Origin: Candidatus Cloacimonadales bacterium
GTDB taxonomy: Bacteria > Cloacimonadota > Cloacimonadia > Cloacimonadales > JAFGVF01
Reading direction: 5' to 3'
Assembly: GCA_963677495.2 (NCBI GenBank)
Contig: CAXXOU010000004.1
Span: 1,216,001 to 1,280,000 of the forward strand
Length of the DNA stretch: 64,000 bases
A model generated the notes under the pieces. The model searched no databases and was not told the DNA's origin. It saw only the letters and a list, made by a program, of their open reading frames with translations. This document shows, piece by piece, positions 40,210-50,209 of this stretch. The position numbers and the translations under genes are program-made. Positions within the stretch are counted from its first letter, which is position 1; every line of letters starts with the position of its first letter.

Positions 40210-41145
40210 ATGGAAACACATTTCAAGAATAGGATTGAACAAATCCAAAATCTATTATCACAAGAGAAAATCCAAGTTGTTATAGAAAAAGAGATAAAAT
40301 ATGGTTTCAAGATTCTACTCAAGTCATCTTCGAGTAACTCAACCTTTGATCTGCTCTATTCTGCAAGAAAAAAGGCCTTTTCTTTCACTTTTAAGAAAGG
40401 AAGTGAGAACTTTGCCGGCGTTATTGCAAAGTCCTTAGAATCTTTGGATATGAAAGTCACAACCCCTACTGTGTCTTCTCAACAGATCGAAAGCTTTGAA
40501 CATAAATACTCTAGTTGGACCGGTAGTGATGAATCCGGTAAAGGAGATTTCTTCGGACCTTTAGTTACGGCTGTCTTCCATTGTAGTAAAGATATTGCAA
40601 AAGTTTTAAATGCAATTGGAGTTACTGATAGTAAGGCTCTTAATGACAGAAAGATCGTCGAGTTAGCTAAGCAGTTATATAAGGCATATCCTGAGAGAAT
40701 CAATTGTATTGTTCTAAGACCTGAAAGATACAACACTTTATATGCTGATATGGTAAAACAAGGCAAGAAGTTAAATGAGATGTTAGATTGGCTTCACACA
40801 AAAACAATTGAACCGATGCTTTCTGATAAATCAATTGAAGGGATGATTATTGACCAGTACTCAAAATCAGGTCAACTTAGAAATAAGCTCTCGAAGCTAT
40901 TTAAAAATGATATAATTATAAGACCAAAAGCAGAGACTGATCCTGCTGTTGCTGCGGCCTCCATAATCGCTAGATACCAGTTCATTAATGCAATTGAAAT
41001 GATGGGACGAACATATAAAATGAAATTCCCTAAAGGTGCTTCATCTCCGGTCATCAGCGCAGCAAAAATATTTGTCAGAGATTATGATAAAGATTCGCTT
41101 TCAAAAGTCGCAAAAATACATTTCAAAACGATGGAAAAACTTTAA
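40210..41145 (+). CDS. rnhC: Ribonuclease HIII
   Basis: GSDESGKGDFFGP, DSK, IDQY, KAE...AAASIIAR, PKGAS, K.HFK; N-terminal extension. Confidence 0.88.
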   Translation: METHFKNRIEQIQNLLSQEKIQVVIEKEIKYGFKILLKSSSSNSTFDLLYSARKKAFSFTFKKGSENFAGVIAKSLESLDMKVTTPTVSSQQIESFEHKYSSWTGSDESGKGDFFGPLVTAVFHCSKDIAKVLNAIGVTDSKALNDRKIVELAKQLYKAYPERINCIVLRPERYNTLYADMVKQGKKLNEMLDWLHTKTIEPMLSDKSIEGMIIDQYSKSGQLRNKLSKLFKNDIIIRPKAETDPAVAAASIIARYQFINAIEMMGRTYKMKFPKGASSPVISAAKIFVRDYDKDSLSKVAKIHFKTMEKL

Positions 41146-42092
41146 TGAAAACATTAGTCCTAAACAAAATGCCGGATTCTTTCTGGCAATTGATAAAAGA
41201 TAACCAATTAGAAGATTATTTTACAGACGATAATATCCTCTTCTCAGAGGAAATTGAGATATTCATTATCAGGACCGATATTTTCATCAATGAATCCTTT
41301 TTTAAAAGATTCCCAAATTTAAAACTCATTATTAGAGCCGGCTCAGGTGTTGACAACGTTGATTTTAATGCTGCTAAAGAATACAACGTAACTGTTTGTA
41401 ACACACCTTTTGCTAATGTTCAGTCAGCCTATGAACATACAGTAAGTCTGATAATGAATTTGATTAAGCGACATGATGATGCTAAGCAAGCTGTGCTTAC
41501 GAAAGAATGGAAGAAAACTTTGAAACCAAGTTTAGAGATCTCAGACCTTAATGTAATGGTCATGGGTCTTGGACGCATTGGTTCGAAAGTGGCATCTTTT
41601 CTCAAATCACATGGTGCTGTAGTTAAAGCTGTCGATCCATATGTAGATGATAGTGTTTTTGAAAATTTGGACATAGAAAGTATAAGCTATACTCAAGGTC
41701 TTAAGTGGTGCAACTTAATCACATTCCATTGTCCTTTAACCCATAACACGCATCATTACTTTTCAGAACCTGTTATGCATCTCTTACACAACCCAATATA
41801 CTTAGTGAATGTTGCAAGAGGAAGTATTGTTTGTGAGAAAGCTTTGGAAATTGGCTTAAAAAAGGGGTTAATTCTTGGTGCCGGGATCGATGTTTTCGAA
41901 GAGGAACCATGGGAAGTATTAGATTTTGCAAACGAGCCCAATGTTATACTCTCTCCACATACAGGAGCATTTACCGAAAAAGCTAAACAACGCTTATCTG
42001 GAGAAACCATTTCTGTTTGGAAAGATTTTGTTTTTAACAATATTGTTACATCCGAAGTTGTTATGTGGGATTTAATTATTCCTAAGAGATAA
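41145..42092 (+). CDS. D-isomer specific 2-hydroxyacid dehydrogenase (SerA-like)
   Basis: GSGVDNVD, GLGRIG, HCPL, NVARG, DVFEEEP, SPH. Confidence 0.88.
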   Translation: MKTLVLNKMPDSFWQLIKDNQLEDYFTDDNILFSEEIEIFIIRTDIFINESFFKRFPNLKLIIRAGSGVDNVDFNAAKEYNVTVCNTPFANVQSAYEHTVSLIMNLIKRHDDAKQAVLTKEWKKTLKPSLEISDLNVMVMGLGRIGSKVASFLKSHGAVVKAVDPYVDDSVFENLDIESISYTQGLKWCNLITFHCPLTHNTHHYFSEPVMHLLHNPIYLVNVARGSIVCEKALEIGLKKGLILGAGIDVFEEEPWEVLDFANEPNVILSPHTGAFTEKAKQRLSGETISVWKDFVFNNIVTSEVVMWDLIIPKR

Positions 42093-42234
42093 AATCCTTG
42101 ACACTTCTGCATTCATTAATATTATCTAGTCATCATATGAGATAAAACTAAATCCAAATAGACTTATTTTGAAATTACCATTGTAATTTGTAAAAATACC
42201 TAAAAATATGGAATACTAATATACTGGAGATACC

Positions 42235-43068
42235 ATGCTAAGAGAAGTAGGAAGACTTACTATCGAAGATAACAAAGAGATTCATTTAAGAGTAGAAAAG
42301 ATATTCAAGCAAATAGATAAAGGTAGAGCAGACCTTGCAGAAAAGCGCATTCATGAGCTAGCAAATACTGCTAATTATTTCATCCGTGAGACAACAGGTA
42401 AGGAATTAGCTGAATATAAAGGTGAAGAACCTCAAAAGCTTGATGAAATCTGTTATAAAATGCTAGAAGATGAGATGTATGGGATAAGAGCTACTGCCCT
42501 TTTCTACTTCTATAATAAGTACCAGAAAGATCCTGAGAAGATTTTAGAGATTATGGGACGAGTTTTCGAGACTATTCCTTGGGAATCAGAAAGTCTATGT
42601 TTCTATATGTGGAAATCACATACAAAAGTTATGAAAGAAGTTATGATGAAATGGCAGAAATCAGAAAACGATAAGATGCGATCTCTTTCAATTCATGGTT
42701 TAGAAAATATTGCAACAAAAGATCCTAAGTATATTATGGAGTTCCTTAGTAATCTTCTTAATGATAAAAATACAGATGTTCAAAAGAAGGTTTCACATGT
42801 TCTTACTCAAACTTGTAGATTGCGATCTGCAACATGTTATCCTATCTTAAAAACATGGATTGAAGAGGGCGATGACACTGTTATAAAAACTGTATGGGTT
42901 ACCCTTAAGAAGCTTACTAACATTTTAGGGCAAAAAAGCAAAGCAAATAAATCACATGAATTTATCAGTTCTACTCAAAAGATTATTAAAGATTGGAGAC
43001 ATGACTCTAATCAATATGTTCAGGCAATGGGTAATAAACTCTATCATATTACAAAGAGCAAAAAATAA
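42235..43068 (+). CDS. HEAT/ARM repeat protein (DNA alkylation repair AlkC/D-like)
   Basis: All-helical HEAT-like pattern (W.KSEN...R, LLND....VQK.V). Confidence 0.55.
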   Translation: MLREVGRLTIEDNKEIHLRVEKIFKQIDKGRADLAEKRIHELANTANYFIRETTGKELAEYKGEEPQKLDEICYKMLEDEMYGIRATALFYFYNKYQKDPEKILEIMGRVFETIPWESESLCFYMWKSHTKVMKEVMMKWQKSENDKMRSLSIHGLENIATKDPKYIMEFLSNLLNDKNTDVQKKVSHVLTQTCRLRSATCYPILKTWIEEGDDTVIKTVWVTLKKLTNILGQKSKANKSHEFISSTQKIIKDWRHDSNQYVQAMGNKLYHITKSKK

Positions 43069-43088
43069 TATAAATATTTTTCAACAAT

Positions 43089-43121
43089 AAGAACTCGTCT
43101 AGCCAAGACGAGTTCTTTTGT
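43089..43121 (+). terminator. Intrinsic terminator
   Basis: 12-bp stem AAGAACTCGTCT/AGACGAGTTCTT followed by a T-run. Confidence 0.85.
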
Positions 43122-43391
43122 TTTATAAAGAGCTTATAATTAGAACTGATTGTTTCTACATTATTTTCCGATTACTATTATCACCTCGGGTAGTAAAAGG
43201 GAATTGTTAGTTAGTTGTAGTGATGTTTATAAGATTACAATTAAGAGAACTTATCAACAACAAATCGCAAGCTGGTTAATCTTTCAGTTCTATAAATATC
43301 ATATTTGTACCATCAAATAAAACTACATCTATTTTATCGTCCACTTCTTCTCTTTACTTTGTCGCATCAAGAACCTTTTGGCACCGTTGGG

Positions 43392-43472
43392 AAAGTTATG
43401 CACACGATGTGGATAACTTTAGGGGTTCATAGGGAGGGTCTAGGGAGGCTAAAGGGAGGGACAAGCGAGATT
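43392..43472. repeat. Inverted DnaA-box-like pair followed by an 11-bp-phased AGGGA array
   Basis: AAAG-TTATGCACA-CGA-TGTGGATAA-CTTT at 43392-43420; AGGGA/AGCGA at 43431, 43442, 43453, 43464. Confidence 0.7.
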
Positions 43473-43707
43473 CCAGGTTTTTGAAGTAGCACGTACCAGA
43501 CTCGTAGCAATAACATAAAGAATAACATAAAGAAAAAATGGAAAATTGGAACATATGGAATTAATTGAGATAAATCCAAGGAAATAGTAAGATGCTATAC
43601 TCATCAAGTACTGATGCTTCAATGTAAGACAGAGGTAATGGAACAATTCTCAAGTGTAATTATCATTGACACACATAAGAAAGATTAAAACATTGCAACA
43701 TTGAGGT

Positions 43708-43784
43708 GCCCCTGTAGCTCAGCTGGATAGAGCAGTTCCCTCCTAAGGAAAAGGTCACGTGTTCGAATCGCGTCAGGGGTGCCA
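43708..43784 (+). tRNA. tRNA-Arg (anticodon CCT)
   Basis: Cloverleaf: acceptor GCCCCTG/CAGGGGT, D-arm, loop CT-CCT-AA, T-arm ACGTG-TTCGAAT-CGCGT, encoded CCA. Confidence 0.96.
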
Positions 43785-43942
43785 GACTACAATGATATCA
43801 TTCTAGATAATGCACTTCGTATGGATAATCCTAACACTATTGACTAGAGTAGAAACTACTCTAAGCTGGTTTTGCTATACTTTGACAGTTTAATTTAGTA
43901 GTATCACAATTGTTATAAGCAAATCAAGTATTCAATAACAAA

Positions 43943-43971
43943 GTAAAGGGTACCTAAATGGTACCCTTTAC
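43943..43971 (-). terminator. Intrinsic terminator for the large secreted protein gene
   Basis: 12-bp stem GTAAAGGGTACC/GGTACCCTTTAC followed by T-rich sequence on the minus strand. Confidence 0.75.
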
Positions 43972-43991
43972 ACTCAATTGCAGTTAGTAAC

Positions 43992-46900
43992 CTATTTGAG
44001 CATAACTGATTTCTCAGTTATGATTTTATTATTAGTGATCATTTTGAAGATATAGACTCCTGATGAAGCCATCTTATTATCCGAATCTTTTCCATTCCAA
44101 GTTTCTAAGTGCCTACCTTCAGCTTTAACACCATCACACAATATTTTAATCAATTGTCCCTTCATATTGTAAACTGATATTCTCACATTCTGTTCTGATT
44201 TAAGTGAAAAAGAGATTGTAGTTGATGGATTGAATGGATTGGGGTATATACTATTGATTTCTGTTAGATAACTAATGTCTGGAGTGTCTCCTGGTTGTTC
44301 AATATCAGTTATTGTTACAGTGATTGGGCCGTATAATAAAGAAGAGCCATCAATATCAACAGACTCAAGCCAGTAATAATACTCATGTTCTAGTTCCACC
44401 TCTTCATCAATAAAGTTATATTGCTGTTCAGTAGATGTATTTGTGCTCGAAATGATACTGTTATTCACTCTATGTGAATTAGAAACTAAATTATCCATAT
44501 TTCTAAAGATATTGAATCCAATCAAATCTGTTTCTGATTGTGTAACCCAATTTATTTTTGCAGAATTATCTGCTGTAGAAACTGCCGTGAATGAGGAAAG
44601 TTCTACAGGTAAAGTAGATCCTCCACCACCATTAACTGCGAACTCTTCCTCACCTCTATCATTGGAAACCCAATCAAATTCAACTTGCCCTTGTGAAAAG
44701 ACAACATTGTTCGGTGCAATTGGAACAACTTCCCAAACTGCTCCATTGAGATGGACTAATTCAGTTGGTGTAAAACTGCCTAGAAAATTAAACACTATTC
44801 TGGTCAAGTTTCCATTTGGAAGAGTTAATCTAAGAGCAGCTCCACAATTGCTAGGATTTGGTAGTGGTACATCAGGTTGATCCTGAACTTGCAAAGGAAC
44901 ACTTAAAGCACTAACTTCAGAATCAAATGATAAATCAACAGTTGGAATTACATTTCCATCTCCTAAATCAATCAAAGGGAATGAGATTTGTGGTGGGGTT
45001 GTTCCACTGTACTCAATAACTTCTGCGTAAACAACTTCAGCTGGTTCCTGAGCAGTATTTGAAGGTTCTGGCATAACTGTAAATGACCATTCAACTGGAG
45101 ATTCGCAATCACCTGAGTCATTATATGGAATCACTTTCCAATTAACAATCTCTCCCCATTCTGCTATATTCAGTCTTTGATGGTAAAGGATATCAGAAGT
45201 ATATTCAATTATGTTTACAAGCGTATTTCCCTGGTATATTTTAAAATGAGTTGGTAACTCCAATCCTCTATATCTCCAGTTTACAGTCACTGTTCTAGGT
45301 CTATCTGTTGAAGAATCCTCTGGGAAAATATTAGTCGCAGCAGAAGGTTTTTCAGCAAAAGTTTGCCATTCTAAATATGGGTAACCATCATTCTTATTGG
45401 AATCTATTTCCCAGATTGGAGACGAGAAATCCCAATTTGCATCGGTAAATGTTGAAATTTGTTTCATCTCTGCATTTGATTTTCCTATACCACCATTATA
45501 ACTGCTACTTTGCCCTGAGGTCTCAGTATCCCAAAAAGAATCTGTTATACTATCAGATGAGTAATAGTTATATGCCATTAGGCCACCAGTATAATCATTA
45601 CCTGTAATACTTCCACTGTTATAGGAATTCGATATATTTATCGTAGCTTGGGCTCTTCCAACAAAACCACCACTAAAACTATCTCCAAAGGTCGATACTC
45701 TGTTGTAACAATTAGTAATTGTCAATGTGCCACTTCCAGCATAACCAACAAAACCACCAGCATTTGTATAGGAACCGTTAACCGTTCCTGTACTATAACA
45801 AGAAGTGATTGATGTGCTTCCAGATGAAGTGCCAATGAATGCTCCAACATTACCCCAGCATGTGAAGTCAACATCCACAAGTCCAAGATTTGAGATGCTT
45901 GCCCCATTTGTAGAAGTAAAGAAAGCTCTACCATATATTGCTTTATCTATGAACAGACCTGAAATAACATGACCTTGCCCATTGTACGAGCCGGAGAATG
46001 ATATTGCTGAAAGCCCCTCTCCTCCGTTCCAAGTTGAACTTTCTGAAGCATCAATGTCGGATGTTTGTATGAAGTGCTTATCCCAGTATCCACTATTTTC
46101 TGAAAAATTCCTAAGATCCGTTAGATCAGATATTATATAAGGGTCTCCAATTGTTCCAGAGCCACTAAACAAACTTACAAATGAAGTCGTAAAACTAATC
46201 TGATTACCATAGTATGTACCGGTAGTATTAGTAATATATGCTCTAACGTAATATGTTGTAGATGATGATAAACCAGATATATCAGATGTAAATGCTCCAA
46301 GAGATACTGCACTTCCTTCATCATTTGAAGAATCGAAGACAGTAGGACTTCCAGTAGTATTCCAGCACACTCCATGAGCAGAGATAGGAGAATCCAATGA
46401 GAGTATAGTTCCATTTCCGGTTGCTGTCGTCCCAGTAATTTCTGTTACTGCTTGCGTTGTAACTAGAGATTCGGTTGTAAAACTAACTTGATCACCATAA
46501 ATAGTTCCTGTATCATCTATTATATATGCTTTAAGATAATAAGTTTGACCGGATTCTAATCCGGTAACATTGGATGTAAATGTTCCAGTACTAATTGTTG
46601 CACCTTCATCGGTCGAAGAATCTAAGATAGTAGGATTTCCTGATATATTCCAACAAACTCCATGAGCTGTTATTGCTGTTGTTCCAATAGAAGTGATGTT
46701 ACCATTTCCGGTTGCAGTAGTAACACCTATATTCGACACTGCCTGTGTAGTAACAGTACCAGGAGTTCCCGGACAAGTAACAGTGTAACTTATATCTTGT
46801 GGAGTACTTTCATATTGCCCAGATTGAGCAACAACAGTACCATTATGATCTTTAATCTGATATTCATTTTCATATGAGTAACCACCTGCGAAGTATTGAG

Positions 46901-48257
46901 TTGTTATTACATCAGAACATGTTACTGAGAACTCAAATATTTGTGGACCGTAGCCAGTATTAAGTGTTAGATTAGACAAGACAACAGAGCTGTTAACTAG
47001 CAAGTTAATTGATCCACCATTCCAGCCATCTCCAAAGGAATCCGTTAGTTCGATAGTCCATGTTTGACTAACAGATGCAACAGCTGTGAAACTTACTTCA
47101 TTACCATAAGAAGTTCCCCCACTGTTAGTTGCATAGGCTCGGACATAATACGTCTCCCCTTCTGTTAGTCCTGTTATTGATGAGGAGAAAGATCCTGTAC
47201 TAGTTACACTTCCTTCAGTTGTATGATTATCATCTGTAGTTGGAGTTCCAGTTGTATTCCAACAAACACCATGTTCAGAAGGATTTTCTTCACCTAAATT
47301 CGTAATATTACCATTTCCGGTAGCAGTAGTAGCATCGATACCTGAAACAGCTTGTGTTGTAACTGTAGGAGGATCAATCTGCTGCCATCTATAAGCATAA
47401 ACTCCTCCACCTTCTCTATAACCAACAAAATCTTCTATGCTGTTCATACCACAAGCTTGTTCACTATTTGTTTGATCGTAAGCAAGTAACGAATAACTAC
47501 CTGAAGAAATTTCGTAAATGAAGTTGATTTTGACAGCTCCAGAAGTTTCATAATATGCTAAAATATGAGTTGCATTAACATCTTCAATATTCGTTGATTG
47601 GTACCAAGTCATTTGGGGACTGTTTGGATCTCCATCAACTCCATAATCAATAGATGTCCATGTGTCATTGCTGATGTTATACATAAATCCAGTATTTACG
47701 TTTGAGTAGTTATTCCCACTGTTTCCAATAATGACATTTCCGTATATACTTGTAAATTTTGTGTTTGCATAACTTGGTCTGTCTATTGTTGTCCATGTGT
47801 CAGTCCCTGAGTCGTATAAACAGCCATGATAATTAGTTCCATCATAATAGTATCCTATATAACTATCACCATAAACACCTAACATTTCTGTTTGATATCC
47901 GGATGTATGATCTAATTGTGTCCAAGTTATTCCATCATACATAAAGCCGTGTGATACAGCACCACTGTCTTTAAAGTATCCTACAATGTTATCCCCATCA
48001 ATTCCCTGTGGATATGTAAAATTTTCTCCCGGATACATAAGTGTTTGAAAGCTAGCTCCATTATTAGTTGTTTTGAATCCAACAACTGATGTATAAGTCG
48101 AATTAATAGACATTCCAATTATATTCTCATTATCAATATCAGTAGCCCATGTACTATCTCCATAATATTGGAAATATGTCATTGACTGGGCATTGAGAAA
48201 TGTAGAAATTAGTAATACACAAGCTATAATACAAAAAACTTTGATCTTTGTTTCCAT
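43992..48257 (-). CDS. Large secreted/surface protein with three FN3-like repeats, a GLUG-like region and a C-terminal FlgD-Ig/T9SS-type sorting domain
   Basis: Start ATG 48257 (METKIK) with RBS and signal peptide; three ~100-aa VTTQAV...HGVCWN...YG..VSFT-type repeats; LPVELSSF; IYPNPFNPSTTISF tail. Confidence 0.85.
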   Translation of the reverse strand: METKIKVFCIIACVLLISTFLNAQSMTYFQYYGDSTWATDIDNENIIGMSINSTYTSVVGFKTTNNGASFQTLMYPGENFTYPQGIDGDNIVGYFKDSGAVSHGFMYDGITWTQLDHTSGYQTEMLGVYGDSYIGYYYDGTNYHGCLYDSGTDTWTTIDRPSYANTKFTSIYGNVIIGNSGNNYSNVNTGFMYNISNDTWTSIDYGVDGDPNSPQMTWYQSTNIEDVNATHILAYYETSGAVKINFIYEISSGSYSLLAYDQTNSEQACGMNSIEDFVGYREGGGVYAYRWQQIDPPTVTTQAVSGIDATTATGNGNITNLGEENPSEHGVCWNTTGTPTTDDNHTTEGSVTSTGSFSSSITGLTEGETYYVRAYATNSGGTSYGNEVSFTAVASVSQTWTIELTDSFGDGWNGGSINLLVNSSVVLSNLTLNTGYGPQIFEFSVTCSDVITTQYFAGGYSYENEYQIKDHNGTVVAQSGQYESTPQDISYTVTCPGTPGTVTTQAVSNIGVTTATGNGNITSIGTTAITAHGVCWNISGNPTILDSSTDEGATISTGTFTSNVTGLESGQTYYLKAYIIDDTGTIYGDQVSFTTESLVTTQAVTEITGTTATGNGTILSLDSPISAHGVCWNTTGSPTVFDSSNDEGSAVSLGAFTSDISGLSSSTTYYVRAYITNTTGTYYGNQISFTTSFVSLFSGSGTIGDPYIISDLTDLRNFSENSGYWDKHFIQTSDIDASESSTWNGGEGLSAISFSGSYNGQGHVISGLFIDKAIYGRAFFTSTNGASISNLGLVDVDFTCWGNVGAFIGTSSGSTSITSCYSTGTVNGSYTNAGGFVGYAGSGTLTITNCYNRVSTFGDSFSGGFVGRAQATINISNSYNSGSITGNDYTGGLMAYNYYSSDSITDSFWDTETSGQSSSYNGGIGKSNAEMKQISTFTDANWDFSSPIWEIDSNKNDGYPYLEWQTFAEKPSAATNIFPEDSSTDRPRTVTVNWRYRGLELPTHFKIYQGNTLVNIIEYTSDILYHQRLNIAEWGEIVNWKVIPYNDSGDCESPVEWSFTVMPEPSNTAQEPAEVVYAEVIEYSGTTPPQISFPLIDLGDGNVIPTVDLSFDSEVSALSVPLQVQDQPDVPLPNPSNCGAALRLTLPNGNLTRIVFNFLGSFTPTELVHLNGAVWEVVPIAPNNVVFSQGQVEFDWVSNDRGEEEFAVNGGGGSTLPVELSSFTAVSTADNSAKINWVTQSETDLIGFNIFRNMDNLVSNSHRVNNSIISSTNTSTEQQYNFIDEEVELEHEYYYWLESVDIDGSSLLYGPITVTITDIEQPGDTPDISYLTEINSIYPNPFNPSTTISFSLKSEQNVRISVYNMKGQLIKILCDGVKAEGRHLETWNGKDSDNKMASSGVYIFKMITNNKIITEKSVMLK

Positions 48258-48939
48258 TATATCTCTCCTTTCCTTATCTTGCATCCTTGTTTTCTTTTTA
48301 CAATATTTAAATTCCATTCATTTGATAATTTTACTGTAGTACTTGTTATACTTGCGATGGTTAGTATTGCATTTACGTTTGGATTTTCTAAGTAGAGTGA
48401 TTTTAAAATCCACTTCTATTTTCTTTAAGAAAACTAAATAAAGAAACTTGTAGATTTCATTAACCTAGCGACAAAACATTCTTGACTATGATAAAATCTT
48501 TGTTTTCCATTTTACTTTTGATGAAGTTGACAATTACTGAAACAATATTCAAGATGATTACTTCAATAATTTGATTGAGAACTTATTTCATATACTTGCA
48601 ATATATTATAGGGTAGTTATTTATTGTAAAGTTTTTTTTGCATTGTTGCTGAAGTAGTGTAAATTGTTGTCCATTACTTTTGATTTTCGTTAAAACTCAG
48701 AATAAACGAAGAATCTTGTATTACTATTTATTAAGCTTGTACAGATGAGAATGTTTAGTGCAATATAGTTACACCATAGCCAGTCTTCACTACATTTCAC
48801 TATTCAGTCTTACGCAAAAAAGTCATGCTCTCTCTGGTCATGTCTAACCGTAGTATCAGCTGTCCGTCTTTTGCCAGTCAACTTCCTTAATAGCTATCCA
48901 ATATACTACTAAGTAATATTTTACAATGTTAATCCCATA

Positions 48940-48984
48940 TCCTAAGGAAAAAGGTCGTGCGTTCGAATCGCGCCAGGAGTGCCA
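48940..48984 (+). repeat. Divergent 3' half of tRNA-Arg(CCT); att-like remnant
   Basis: TCCTAAGGAAAAAGGTCGTGCGTTCGAATCGCGCCAGGAGTGCCA versus the tRNA 3' half at 43741-43784; no 5' half upstream. Confidence 0.85.
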
Positions 48985-49068
48985 AAATCAAAATATATAA
49001 CAAATATCTTGCCATTATCTTACAAGGCACCTTAATCTACTAAATTGATATTGAATTGGAGAAGATAT

Positions 49069-50136
49069 ATGAAACGACTGACTTATGTCAGCAGACTAAA
49101 TATGAGCATTTCTAACAAAGAACTAGAAGCTATGGGATTACATTCACAGGAAAAGAATCTGAGAGTAGGTATTACAGGTGTGCTCATCTATTTCAAGGAG
49201 CTATTTTTTCAGATTATTGAAGGAGCTGACAGCGAAATAGATACTTTGTTTAAAAAGATTCGAATGGATCTTCGTCACAAAGACATCTTATGTTTAAAGA
49301 CAGAGAATGATATTGGTGAACGTTTATTTCCCACATGGTCTATGAATGTTATAAATCTTGATAACAATACAGATATTCTCATGAGTCCGATCAAAAATCT
49401 CCTTCAGACGATAACTGAATCGCACAGAATTATTGAACAATACACTCAACCTACTGTATTAAATATAATCAATAAGGGATTGAACCCATTGCACATGCCT
49501 GCTAGGAAAGTCGAGAAGATAGTACTCTTTGCAGATATTGTCTCGTTTTCAGAGATTAGTGAACAGCTACCGGTTGAGTTTATAGTTGAGATTATAAACC
49601 GATTCTTTGAAATCACATCCAGAATAATTACTGCAGCAGGTGGAGAAGTTACAAAATACATTGGTGATTGTGTAATGGCCTATTTTGACCCTGAATTAGC
49701 TGATAATGCAATTCAAGGTTGTATTGACATTCTTCGTGAATTGAAACTGGCAAGAGAGAATGCAGCGAGAGATAATCCTATCAGTTTGCTACATTGTGGT
49801 ATTGGATTATCCCAAGGAGTTGTTATTGAGGGGAACATGGGGTCTGCTATTAAAACCGATTATACCATAATAGGAGATCAAGTAAACACTGCTTCGAGAG
49901 TTGAAGATCTGACACGGCAAGTAAAAAAAGCTATAGTTGTAACCGAAAGAGTAAAAAATAGTACAACAAGTACTTTCAACTTTGTACCACTTGGAAAGTA
50001 TAGTTTAAAAGGCAAAAATAAGGCATTCGAATTGTTCTATCCTGATCATGATTTGGTAAATGATTTTGATATTCAAGACATTATAAGTCAAAAGATGAAA
50101 AGACTTTACATTTTTAAAGGAATCTGTAAAGAGTAA
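49069..50136 (+). CDS. Photoactivated adenylyl cyclase (BLUF + class III cyclase)
   Basis: BLUF residues Y6, Q48, W90, M92; cyclase FADIV, TKYIGDC, GNMGS, VNTASR; start ATG 49069 behind GGAGA. Confidence 0.93.
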   Translation: MKRLTYVSRLNMSISNKELEAMGLHSQEKNLRVGITGVLIYFKELFFQIIEGADSEIDTLFKKIRMDLRHKDILCLKTENDIGERLFPTWSMNVINLDNNTDILMSPIKNLLQTITESHRIIEQYTQPTVLNIINKGLNPLHMPARKVEKIVLFADIVSFSEISEQLPVEFIVEIINRFFEITSRIITAAGGEVTKYIGDCVMAYFDPELADNAIQGCIDILRELKLARENAARDNPISLLHCGIGLSQGVVIEGNMGSAIKTDYTIIGDQVNTASRVEDLTRQVKKAIVVTERVKNSTTSTFNFVPLGKYSLKGKNKAFELFYPDHDLVNDFDIQDIISQKMKRLYIFKGICKE

Positions 50137-50209
50137 CTTAAAACTACATTTGCTAAAAGTTGATAGCCAGAATACTGAAGCCATTGAAAAGAGCAAATAA
50201 GGAGATGTT

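Noticed and set aside
43392..43420. oriC
   Set aside because: Only two boxes per locus, no dnaA/dnaN/gidA nearby, and the motif is duplicated 10 kb away
48320..48930. Riboswitch (e.g. c-di-GMP) upstream of the surface protein gene
   Set aside because: I could not match the conserved motifs by eye; an Rfam scan would be needed
48940..48984. Second functional tRNA-Arg
   Set aside because: No acceptor 5' strand or D-arm upstream
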